From contig DAOSOK010000013.1 in the NCBI GenBank assembly GCA_035373905.1, forward strand, positions 1-51,578: 51,578 nt of DNA. Direction: 5' to 3'. Shown here in pieces: positions 1 to 7,141 of this stretch. A program made the position numbers and the translations under genes. The DNA is from Candidatus Ozemobacteraceae bacterium. Its GTDB lineage: Bacteria; Muiribacteriota; Ozemobacteria; Ozemobacterales; Ozemobacteraceae. The first letter of the stretch is position 1. Every line of letters starts with the position of its first letter. A model generated the notes under the pieces. The model made no database searches, was not told where the DNA came from, and worked only from the letters and a program-made list of their open reading frames with translations.

Positions 1-20
1 GTATACTCGCATACTCGATG

Positions 21-84
21 CCGTTCGTGCTGAGCTTGTCGAAGCACGAAAGCTCACGCCCTTCGACAGGGTCAGGGCGAACGG
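21..84. repeat. Copy 1 of a roughly 62-bp intergenic imperfect-hairpin element (core TGTCGAAG-N16-CTTCGACA with extended flanks CCGTTCG...CGAACGG). An inverted copy lies at 12924..12985.
   Basis: By-eye alignment of 21..84 against the reverse complement of 12924..12985 gives about 52 of 62 identical bases. Both copies are in non-coding DNA upstream of, or between, genes. Confidence 0.6.
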
Positions 85-167
85 TTGGTTGTCATTCTGC
101 AGGACTCAATACCGGCGCCTTCTCTTCACGAAAGACGACGGCAAGGTCCACAGGATGACTCCGCACA

Positions 168-183
168 CATGATATATATCATG
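168..183. promoter_or_regulatory. Perfect 16-bp AT-rich palindrome CATGATATATATCATG, followed by TTATATATATTT, upstream of the GGT-fusion gene. Candidate operator or -10-containing promoter segment.
   Basis: Seen directly in the sequence. It is sharply AT-rich in an otherwise GC-rich window. An AAGGAG ribosome-binding site follows at 213..218. Confidence 0.35.
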
Positions 184-197
184 TTATATATATTTCC

Positions 198-2648
198 TTG
201 AAAACCTCAATCAAGGAGCTGACGTTGTCTCCTCAAGTCGTATGTCACGATGTTCCCCTGCCCATGGGAAACGCCCCACACAAACATCCGCACATCACGG
301 GGAGGGCGCTCCTCGTCGCCCTCGCTCTGATCCTGGCCCCCGCGGCAAGTTTTTCCGGTCCCGAGAGGGTTCTGGTGGCTTCGGGGAGCTTCGGCGCGGT
401 CGCCACCGCCAACCCGCTGGCGACCCGGGCCGCCCTGAAAATCCTCGAAAGAGGCGGAAATGCCGTCGATGCAGCGGTGGCGGCCGGATTCGTCCTGGGG
501 GTTGTCGATCCATCCGCTTCCGGGCTCGGCGGGGACGGCTTCGCCCTGATTCGCCTTCCGGACGGCACCATCGACTCCTGGGATGGATCCGCCTGTCCCA
601 CGGCCCCGACCAGACGTTTGTCGGCGGGAACCGCCGGTCGCAGAAGAGCGGAACTCGCCTCCTCCGCGATTGGACTGCCCACCCTTCCCGGGTTGTTGCT
701 GACCATTCGCGAGAACTACGGAACCGAACGCCTTCCTCCTCTGCTGGCGCCGGCCATCCATCTGGCACGGGAGGGATTTCCCTGCTCAGCCAACCTGGAA
801 AAAGTCATCGCCCACAATCTTCAGCGGTTGAGGGACTCCTCTGCGGTGGAACTTTTCTACCGTGGAGAGCGCCCGATCCGCGCCGGCGAGATTCTGAAAC
901 AGAAGGCGCTGGGAGACACCCTGTGCGAACTGGCCCGGGAAGGGAAAGCCTGGTTTTACGTCGGGGCCGGTTCCCGCAAGATCCTGGAGGATATGCGCCT
1001 GCGCGGGTCGCGATATTTCGCTGAAGATCTGGCCGGATACCAACCCCGAAAGTCTCCGCCCCTCTCACTCGTCATTGGCCCCTGGCGATTGGCGGGAACA
1101 CCGTTGCCGTCCTCCTCTGTTGCGGTCATGGCGCTGACCGAATCGTGGACCCGTGCCGGACTCGACCCACTCGAACACTCGCGTCTGGACGACGCCCTTC
1201 CCGTGTTGCAGAGCATTCTGCGGCTGACACGGCAACGGTTGTCGTCCTGCGCTTCCAGGCCGGACCTGTTCCTGGCCCTGAACCGCATCGGAGCGAACCG
1301 GCTTGCATCCCCCATTCCGGCGCCTCTCGTGCAGGAAGAGCCGCAGAGCGCCACCCACCTCGTTGTCTGGGACCGCAACGGAATGATCGTTTCGATGACG
1401 ATGTCGCTGAGAACCCCCTTCGGAACGGGAGAATATTCGCCCCTCGGCTTTTTCTACAATTCTGATTCCCCCGCTGATGCCGCGCCCATCTCCCCACATT
1501 CCCCCATCCTGGTCTTGCGAGACGATCTTCCCGTGCTCGCCCTCGGAGGGTCGGGGGGGAACGGGATCGTGTCGATTCTCGCGGCAATCCTGGCTTCCTT
1601 CTTTCACCACCAGAACCTGCCGCGAGCCGTCAACGCCCCACGATTCTCCGCCACCGAGCAGGGCAGCGTCGTCCTGGAATGGTCTCCCCGCCTCGGAGGA
1701 CTCGAGCGTATCCGGGAAAACAGGAAATCCGTGACCGTGGAAATTCCGGGGAGCGACTGGTTCGGATTGGTGTCGGGCATCGCCAGCCAGGGACGCTCCT
1801 TGCTAGCGGTGGGAGATTATCACCGAGATGGCTCTGCAGGAGCGGTCGGCCGCGATCCCGATGCTCCACGCACGTTCGTCATCGCCGCAATGGTCTATCG
1901 CGAGAGGGGCTTGGATTCCGTGGCTCTCGCGCAGCCCGTAGTCTGCCCTCGCCAGACCACCACCGACTGGAGCGGTCCCGGAGAGACGCGCCTGTTTGGA
2001 GCCAACCGAAGGCTCGCCGTCGATTTTCCTCTCCCCGGAGGAGCCCTTCTGGCAACAGCCGTTGTGACCATCCACCCGGATCTTCCGGCACATGCATCGG
2101 GAGCTTGGGACGCCCCGGAACGTTGGTCGAAGCCGCCCCGACTGGCAAGCAGGGAGCAGGAATTTCTGAAAAGAATCCCCACCGGGCTTTCTCCGCGCGC
2201 CCGTGTCGATTGGCTGATGGTCGAAATCGGCCTTCGGATTCCGTATGCGGCTGAAAAGAGCAAGATGAACGGCGAGGATCTGTTGCGGAAAGGGCGGGGA
2301 GATTGCAGTGGAAAGGCCAGGCTTTTCGAGGACATGGTGCGCTCCTTCGGGATTCCTTGCCGGCTCGTTGGAGGGGTGATTCTGAAAGAGGGTATCAACG
2401 AGAAAACCCATATCTGGAACGAGGTCTTTCTCGACGGCAAGTGGGTATCTGTTTGCACTGTGAACCATCTTTGCGGTCGTCTGCCCGCTACCTGGCTGAT
2501 CCTGCGCTACGGAGACGCCGGAACCCTCGAGGATCCCGGAAAGGTTCTGTTTCGCACCAGGGAAAGGCGGCCTGGGAAGTCGCGGAAAGCCTCTGAAGGC
2601 ATCCCTCACGTGACGCCGCGTGACAGGCCGGGTGGCCGATCCGGTTGA
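198..2648 (+). CDS. Secreted gamma-glutamyltranspeptidase (GGT) fused to a C-terminal transglutaminase-like cysteine-protease-fold domain.
   Basis: The N-terminal half has the GGT signature ATANPLATRAALKILERGGNAVDAAVAAGFVLGVVDPSASGLGGDGFAL and the small-subunit region SATHLVVWDRNGMIVSMTMSLRTPFGTGEYSP. The C-terminal part has a TGc-like core, GDCSGKARLFEDMVRSFGIPCRLVGG...THIWNEVFLDGKWV. The signal peptide (MGNAPHKHPHITGRALLVALALILAPAASFSG) begins at the ATG at 264. The start is uncertain among TTG 198, TTG 225 (AAGGAG 6 nt upstream) and ATG 264. Confidence 0.75.
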   Translation: MKTSIKELTLSPQVVCHDVPLPMGNAPHKHPHITGRALLVALALILAPAASFSGPERVLVASGSFGAVATANPLATRAALKILERGGNAVDAAVAAGFVLGVVDPSASGLGGDGFALIRLPDGTIDSWDGSACPTAPTRRLSAGTAGRRRAELASSAIGLPTLPGLLLTIRENYGTERLPPLLAPAIHLAREGFPCSANLEKVIAHNLQRLRDSSAVELFYRGERPIRAGEILKQKALGDTLCELAREGKAWFYVGAGSRKILEDMRLRGSRYFAEDLAGYQPRKSPPLSLVIGPWRLAGTPLPSSSVAVMALTESWTRAGLDPLEHSRLDDALPVLQSILRLTRQRLSSCASRPDLFLALNRIGANRLASPIPAPLVQEEPQSATHLVVWDRNGMIVSMTMSLRTPFGTGEYSPLGFFYNSDSPADAAPISPHSPILVLRDDLPVLALGGSGGNGIVSILAAILASFFHHQNLPRAVNAPRFSATEQGSVVLEWSPRLGGLERIRENRKSVTVEIPGSDWFGLVSGIASQGRSLLAVGDYHRDGSAGAVGRDPDAPRTFVIAAMVYRERGLDSVALAQPVVCPRQTTTDWSGPGETRLFGANRRLAVDFPLPGGALLATAVVTIHPDLPAHASGAWDAPERWSKPPRLASREQEFLKRIPTGLSPRARVDWLMVEIGLRIPYAAEKSKMNGEDLLRKGRGDCSGKARLFEDMVRSFGIPCRLVGGVILKEGINEKTHIWNEVFLDGKWVSVCTVNHLCGRLPATWLILRYGDAGTLEDPGKVLFRTRERRPGKSRKASEGIPHVTPRDRPGGRSG

Positions 2649-2773
2649 CGTGAAATTCGTCCTGTTCTTGCGGCAATCCGGGGACCGGACTCGGCAATCC
2701 GACTTTGCGGGGCGCGGTTTCGAGGGGGCCAGAAGACGGGGTTCGGGGCCCCTAAACGAGTTCATTTTCGGTC

Positions 2774-2802
2774 TTGACAATGAATTTCGCCTGTGGTAAA
2801 TT
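2774..2802 (+). promoter_or_regulatory. Sigma70-type promoter for tRNA-Val: TTGACA, 17 nt, TAAATT.
   Basis: cTTGACAatgaatttcgcctgtggTAAATTc lies 14-40 nt upstream of the tRNA 5' end. Confidence 0.6.
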
Positions 2803-2815
2803 CAACTACGTTCAA

Positions 2816-2890
2816 AGGCTCGTGGCGCAGTTTGGTTAGCGCACCACGTTGACATCGTGGGGGTCGGCGGTTCGAGTCCGCCCGAGCCTA
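2816..2890 (+). tRNA. tRNA-Val (anticodon GAC).
   Basis: Cloverleaf folded by hand. Acceptor arm AGGCTCG/CGAGCCT, D arm GCGC...GCGC, anticodon stem CCACG/CGTGG with loop TTGACAT (anticodon GAC), T arm GGCGG-TTCGAGT-CCGCC, discriminator A. CCA is not encoded. Confidence 0.85.
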
Positions 2891-2896
2891 TTTTTT

Positions 2897-2938
2897 ATGC
2901 CCGAAACCGGTCACCCCGATTTCGGGCATTGATTTTCC
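2897..2938 (+). terminator. Rho-independent-type hairpin after the tRNA (ATGCCCGAAA ... TTTCGGGCAT, then TGATTTTCC).
   Basis: A 10-bp perfect stem with a 13-nt loop, followed by a T-rich run. Confidence 0.5.
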
Positions 2939-2963
2939 CCGAAGGGTTTCATCGACGACACGC

Positions 2964-3848
2964 ATGAAAAACAGGCAACCTCTGCTGAAAAACATCAGGA
3001 TCGTCCTCGTCGAGCCGCAGGGCGCGATGAATGTGGGCTCGGTGTGCCGGGCCATGAAGAATTTCGGTCTGCGCGAGCTCGTTCTCGTGCGCCCCGGCTG
3101 CGAACTCAATCTTGACGCGATCAAGATGGCGCTGACCGCTCGAGACATTCTCGAATCGGCGAAGATCGTGCAGACGATTCCCGAGGCCGTGGCCGGAAGC
3201 CTGCTCGTGCTCGGCACGTCGAACCGCCACGGCGAGTATCACGAGCCGCACATGACGGTCCAGGAAGGCCTCGAGCGGGTCGCCCCGTGTCTGCCCGAAG
3301 GGCCGGTGTCGATCCTCTTCGGCCGCGAGGAATGGGGCCTGACGAAGGACGATTTGAAATTCTGCCAGGGAACGATGCACATCGTGACCGACCCCGAGTT
3401 CACCTCGATGAATCTGGCGCAGGCGGTTCTGCTGATCTCGTATGAGCTCTACCAGAAGTTCGGCGTCAAGCCCCCGAAGCGGATGCCCGACCCGAACAAC
3501 CCGTTCGAGATGCCGCCGACGTTCGAGGAGTTGCAACGGCTGTATGACCACATGTTTTCGGTGCTGAAGATGTGCCATTTCCTGCCGACGAAGAACCCCG
3601 ACGGCCTGTTCCAGTTGGTCAGGGCGTTCATCAACCGTTCGCAGGCGACCCATCGCGAAATCAATATATTGATGGGTATATTTTCGAACGTCGAGGGGTT
3701 CATGCGCATCTACGTCCATGGCCAGAAGCGCCAGAAGGACAAATCCGGCGCCCCCCCTCCCCCGTTGCCCACTTCCGCCCTCAAGCGGATGGCCGCGAAG
3801 CTCGCTTCACCAAAGCCCCCCGAACCTGACGACGGGAAGAACGAGTGA
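2964..3848 (+). CDS. trmJ: SpoU/TrmH-class tRNA 2'-O-methyltransferase, TrmJ-like, with a C-terminal Pro/Lys-rich tail.
   Basis: N-terminus NIRIVLVEPQGAMNVGSVCRAMKNFGLRELVLVRP matches the TrmJ pattern NIRIVLVE..GN.GS.AR.MK..GL..L.LV.P, and there is a SPOUT-like C-terminal half. Confidence 0.7.
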   Translation: MKNRQPLLKNIRIVLVEPQGAMNVGSVCRAMKNFGLRELVLVRPGCELNLDAIKMALTARDILESAKIVQTIPEAVAGSLLVLGTSNRHGEYHEPHMTVQEGLERVAPCLPEGPVSILFGREEWGLTKDDLKFCQGTMHIVTDPEFTSMNLAQAVLLISYELYQKFGVKPPKRMPDPNNPFEMPPTFEELQRLYDHMFSVLKMCHFLPTKNPDGLFQLVRAFINRSQATHREINILMGIFSNVEGFMRIYVHGQKRQKDKSGAPPPPLPTSALKRMAAKLASPKPPEPDDGKNE

Positions 3849-3852
3849 CCTG

Positions 3853-4839
3853 ATGCCGGACCACGCGACCCCGCTCTGCATCGAAGCTCGAGGCCTGTGC
3901 CGAAGCTTCGACGTCAGGCTGAAGGCGGAAGGGCTGAAAGCCAGCATTGAGGCGTTTTTCCGGCCCCGCATCGAGACGATCGACGCGGTGAGCGGACTCG
4001 ACATGCTGATCGAACCGGGCGAGATCGTCGGCTTCCTCGGCCCGAACGGCGCCGGCAAGACGACGACGCTGAAGATGTTCTCCGGGCTGATCCCGCCGAC
4101 CGCTGGGTCCGTGCGGGTGCTGGGGTTCGACCCCTTCCGCCGCGACCATGCCTTTCTGCGGAACATCTCGCTCGTGATGGGCCAGAAGCAGAACCTCTGG
4201 TGGGACCTCCCGCCCGCGGAGACGCTGGCCATTCATCGAGAACTCTACGGCCTCACGGCATCCGAGTTCGAAACCAGGCGCGACGAACTGGTCGAGATGC
4301 TTGGAATCCGCGACTGTCTCGAGATCCAGGCTCGCAAGCTCTCGCTCGGACAACGCATGCGGTGCGAGCTGGCCGTTTCCCTTCTGCATCGGCCCGCAGT
4401 CCTGTTCCTCGACGAGCCGACGATCGGACTCGATATCCTGATGCAAAAGCGCATCCGCACGTTCCTTCTCGAGTATCACGAGCGGTTCCGGCCGACGGTT
4501 CTTCTGACCTCGCACTACATGGAAGACGTCGCCGCCCTCGCCCGCCGCGTCATCGTCATCAACCGCGGCGTCAAGGTGTTCGACGGCTCCCTCGGCGAAC
4601 TCGCGAAGAAAACGCGCGCCGACCGCATCCTCCAGGTCACGTTCGACGCCGTTCCGGAACACTTCTCGCCCGAGCGATACGGCAAACTTCTCTCGCATGA
4701 CGGGTCACGCTTTTCGATCCTCGTTCCGCGAGACCAGTCACCCGCCCTTGCGGCGGAGCTCTACTCCACCGGCCACGTCAACGACCTCACGATCGAGGAG
4801 CCTCCCCTCGAGGAGGCGATCTCGCCCCTTTTCACCTGA
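3853..4839 (+). CDS. ABC transporter ATP-binding protein (ABC-2 / COG4586-like, with a C-terminal extension).
   Basis: Walker A GPNGAGKTTTLKMF, signature LSLGQRMRCELA, Walker B VLFLDEPTIGLD. The longer ORF from 3718 overlaps trmJ, so the ATG at 3853 (MPDHATPLCIEARGL) is preferred. Confidence 0.8.
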   Translation: MPDHATPLCIEARGLCRSFDVRLKAEGLKASIEAFFRPRIETIDAVSGLDMLIEPGEIVGFLGPNGAGKTTTLKMFSGLIPPTAGSVRVLGFDPFRRDHAFLRNISLVMGQKQNLWWDLPPAETLAIHRELYGLTASEFETRRDELVEMLGIRDCLEIQARKLSLGQRMRCELAVSLLHRPAVLFLDEPTIGLDILMQKRIRTFLLEYHERFRPTVLLTSHYMEDVAALARRVIVINRGVKVFDGSLGELAKKTRADRILQVTFDAVPEHFSPERYGKLLSHDGSRFSILVPRDQSPALAAELYSTGHVNDLTIEEPPLEEAISPLFT

Positions 4840-4946
4840 CGTTTATCCCGTATGCATCGCGATCCGCCCGAAATACCGGGATGAAGGAAGGAGAGCGCGA
4901 AAACCGCGATTATCTGATATACTGGAGTATCTTTCGGAGGTAGCGA

Positions 4947-5384
4947 ATGAAGAAGATTCTGACGGTTGTTCTGGGCGTGTTTCTGTGCTCGACGCTTTTC
5001 GGCGCGACGCTCGACGAGGGCGTTGCGGCGCATCAGAGAGGCGATTACCAGACGGCCGCGAAGATCCTTCGCGAACTGGCCGAAGACGGGGACGTGCTGG
5101 CCCAGTTCATCCTCGGGGGCATGTATTCCGACGGAAAAGGGATGGCCCAGGATCACGGCGAGGCATTCTTCTGGCTGACTCTTGCGAGCAGGCGCGCCTC
5201 CACAGCCGATCTTCAGACCTTCATCGGGAAATGCCTCGACATCACGTCTGCCAAACTGACCCAGGACAAGCGGGACGAGATTCAGACCCGATGCACGAAA
5301 TGGGAGGAGGAGTTCGCGAAAAAGCACCCCGCCTGCCCAGCCGACGTCCACCAGCATGAAGACGGGCATCAGCACAACGAATAA
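4947..5384 (+). CDS. Small secreted Sel1-like (TPR-like) repeat protein with a His-rich C-terminus.
   Basis: Signal peptide MKKILTVVLGVFLCSTLFGA. Sel1 motif AQFILGGMYSDGKGMAQDHGEAFFWL. GGAGG ribosome-binding site 7 nt upstream. C-terminus HQHEDGHQHNE. Confidence 0.65.
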   Translation: MKKILTVVLGVFLCSTLFGATLDEGVAAHQRGDYQTAAKILRELAEDGDVLAQFILGGMYSDGKGMAQDHGEAFFWLTLASRRASTADLQTFIGKCLDITSAKLTQDKRDEIQTRCTKWEEEFAKKHPACPADVHQHEDGHQHNE

Positions 5385-5459
5385 TCGATCCGTGCTCGAC
5401 GGATTCGCCACGATCGATTCCGAACGACCGGCAGAAACGATTGGGATGTTGTCCGCAAG

Positions 5460-6284
5460 GTGAACCCCCGAGGCGATTTTTCCCGATGGATTGCCGTCTC
5501 GAGGAAACTGGCGGGGTCGTATCTTCAGATGGCGCTCGCGTATCGCGGCATGATGGTCATATGGGGATTCCAAATGTTGCTGATGCCGAGCGTTCTTCTG
5601 TTGGCCTGGCTTTCCGTCGGGAAATCCGGCGGGTCGATGTATGCGGACAGCGACTATTTTTTGTATTATCTTTCGATGCCGTTCGTCATGAACCTGACGG
5701 AATGCTGGACCGTATATACCTTTCCCGAGCAGGTCCGCGACGGTTCGCTCAGCCGCACCCTGTTGAAGCCGGTGCATCCTCTCTGGCTGCACGTCCTCGA
5801 GAATGTCACCCACAAGGCGATCCAGCTGATGATTCTCCTGGTCCCGCTCTCCGTGCTCGTCTGGGTGTTTCGCGCGCAGCTTCCCCCGCTCGAACTCGGT
5901 GCGGCGAAGATCGCCGGGATAGCGGCAGTTCTCGCACTTGCGGCGGCGCTCCGGTTCATCCAGTCCACAACCCTCGCGATGACGGGATTCTGGATCGAGC
6001 ACGTCGAGACGCTCAATCTCGTCCTGAACCAGGGCGTCTGGGCGCTGCTGGGCGGCATGATCGTCCCGGTCGAGACGTTTCCCGGGCCGATCAGAACGCT
6101 CGCGCACCTGCTTCCCTACCGGTATTCGCTCAGCTTCCCGATCGAGGTCCTTCGCGGCGGGCTGACAACGGTCGAAACGCTGAAAGGCCTGTGCATCGCG
6201 ACTGGCTGGATATTCGCCTTCCTGCTGCTCGGCCGGCATCTCTGGAGGCGGGGGCTGAAGACCTTCACCGCCTATGGAGGCTGA
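5460..6284 (+). CDS. ABC-2 family transporter permease (COG4587/COG3694-type).
   Basis: A polytopic membrane protein of about 6 TM segments lying between the ATPase and a second permease. The start is uncertain. Confidence 0.6.
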   Translation: MNPRGDFSRWIAVSRKLAGSYLQMALAYRGMMVIWGFQMLLMPSVLLLAWLSVGKSGGSMYADSDYFLYYLSMPFVMNLTECWTVYTFPEQVRDGSLSRTLLKPVHPLWLHVLENVTHKAIQLMILLVPLSVLVWVFRAQLPPLELGAAKIAGIAAVLALAAALRFIQSTTLAMTGFWIEHVETLNLVLNQGVWALLGGMIVPVETFPGPIRTLAHLLPYRYSLSFPIEVLRGGLTTVETLKGLCIATGWIFAFLLLGRHLWRRGLKTFTAYGG

Positions 6285-6290
6285 CCCGGC

Positions 6291-7079
6291 ATGCGACGCC
6301 ATACGGGAATCATTCTCCAGTTCTGGAAAGCGCATCTCGTCCAGGCTCTTGAATACCGCACCAGTTTCGCGTTCGGCATCATCGCGAACGGTCTCGACTT
6401 CGTGTTCGGGCTTCTGCAATACTGCCTGTTCTTCACCGTCGCCGACGCAATCGCCGATTGGGACATGCCCCGCATGCTGGCGTTCTACGCCGTGTTCATG
6501 ACGATCTTTTCCCTTCATTTCATCCTGTTGTATCCGAATCTCGACGCGATCGGCCGCTTCGTAAACACCGGGCAACTCGATCTGGTGCTGACGAAGCCGG
6601 TCTCGCCGCAGGCCCTGCTCTCCTTCCGAAGCCTTTCGTTCGAGGAGTTCGGCAGTCTCCTCGCAGCCCTGGGTCTTCTCGCCTGGCTGCTTGCAAGCGG
6701 TCGCATCGCGTTCTCGCCGACCCGCATGCTGATGTTCGTCATCGCGATCGCGTGCAGCCTGAGCCTCATTTACTGCATGTTCCTTTTTTTCATGAGCCTC
6801 GCCATCCGGATTGAAAAGATCCAGAACATGTCGGAACTGCTCTGGAGCGTCTTCAGTCTCTGCCGGTATCCCGCCGATATTTACCCCCGCGCGGCGCGCT
6901 GGGTCTTCTACGTGGTCCTGCCCATCGCCTTCGTGACGACCGTGCCCGCCCGTGCGATTTCGGCCGGTGAGGCTCCCGAGATCCTGCTTCTCGGCTGCGC
7001 CCTGACGGTCACTCTCGTTGCCGCATCCGTCCTCTTCTGGCGTCGTTCTCTCGCCGGCTATACCTCGGCGGGCGGTTGA
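6291..7079 (+). CDS. ABC-2 family transporter permease, a paralogue of the preceding gene.
   Basis: A polytopic membrane protein of similar size, 7 nt after the previous stop. Confidence 0.6.
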   Translation: MRRHTGIILQFWKAHLVQALEYRTSFAFGIIANGLDFVFGLLQYCLFFTVADAIADWDMPRMLAFYAVFMTIFSLHFILLYPNLDAIGRFVNTGQLDLVLTKPVSPQALLSFRSLSFEEFGSLLAALGLLAWLLASGRIAFSPTRMLMFVIAIACSLSLIYCMFLFFMSLAIRIEKIQNMSELLWSVFSLCRYPADIYPRAARWVFYVVLPIAFVTTVPARAISAGEAPEILLLGCALTVTLVAASVLFWRRSLAGYTSAGG

Positions 7080-7141
7080 CCGCGGATTTCCGAAAGAGTA
7101 TGATTTTTTGGGGCATACGGATCTTCTGGGAGATATAATAT

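Noticed and set aside
18-158. A small ORF (46 aa, MPFVLSLSKHE...) at the window start that shares its first 11 residues with part of ORF 12788..13057.
   Set aside because: The shared peptide is fully explained by the about 62-bp DNA repeat. Flanking residues are unrelated and the second copy overlaps the RR start in another frame. It is a DNA/RNA-level element rather than a conserved peptide.
2650-2760. GGGGCCCC and other short GC palindromes after the GGT-fusion stop, as a possible terminator.
   Set aside because: The stem is too short and has no U-tract. The better-formed hairpin is the one after the tRNA (2897..2938).
207-2780. Multiple long antisense or alternative-frame ORFs over the GGT-fusion gene (for example 1803..2780, 325 aa on the minus strand; 242..1024, + strand).
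   Set aside because: Their Arg/Gly/Pro-rich composition is typical of GC-rich shadow frames. The sense frame carries unmistakable GGT and TGc motifs.
4761-6575. A 604-aa minus ORF across the Sel1 and permease region.
   Set aside because: Antisense to membrane permeases and a signal-peptide protein that are well supported; Arg/Glu/Asp-rich junk composition.
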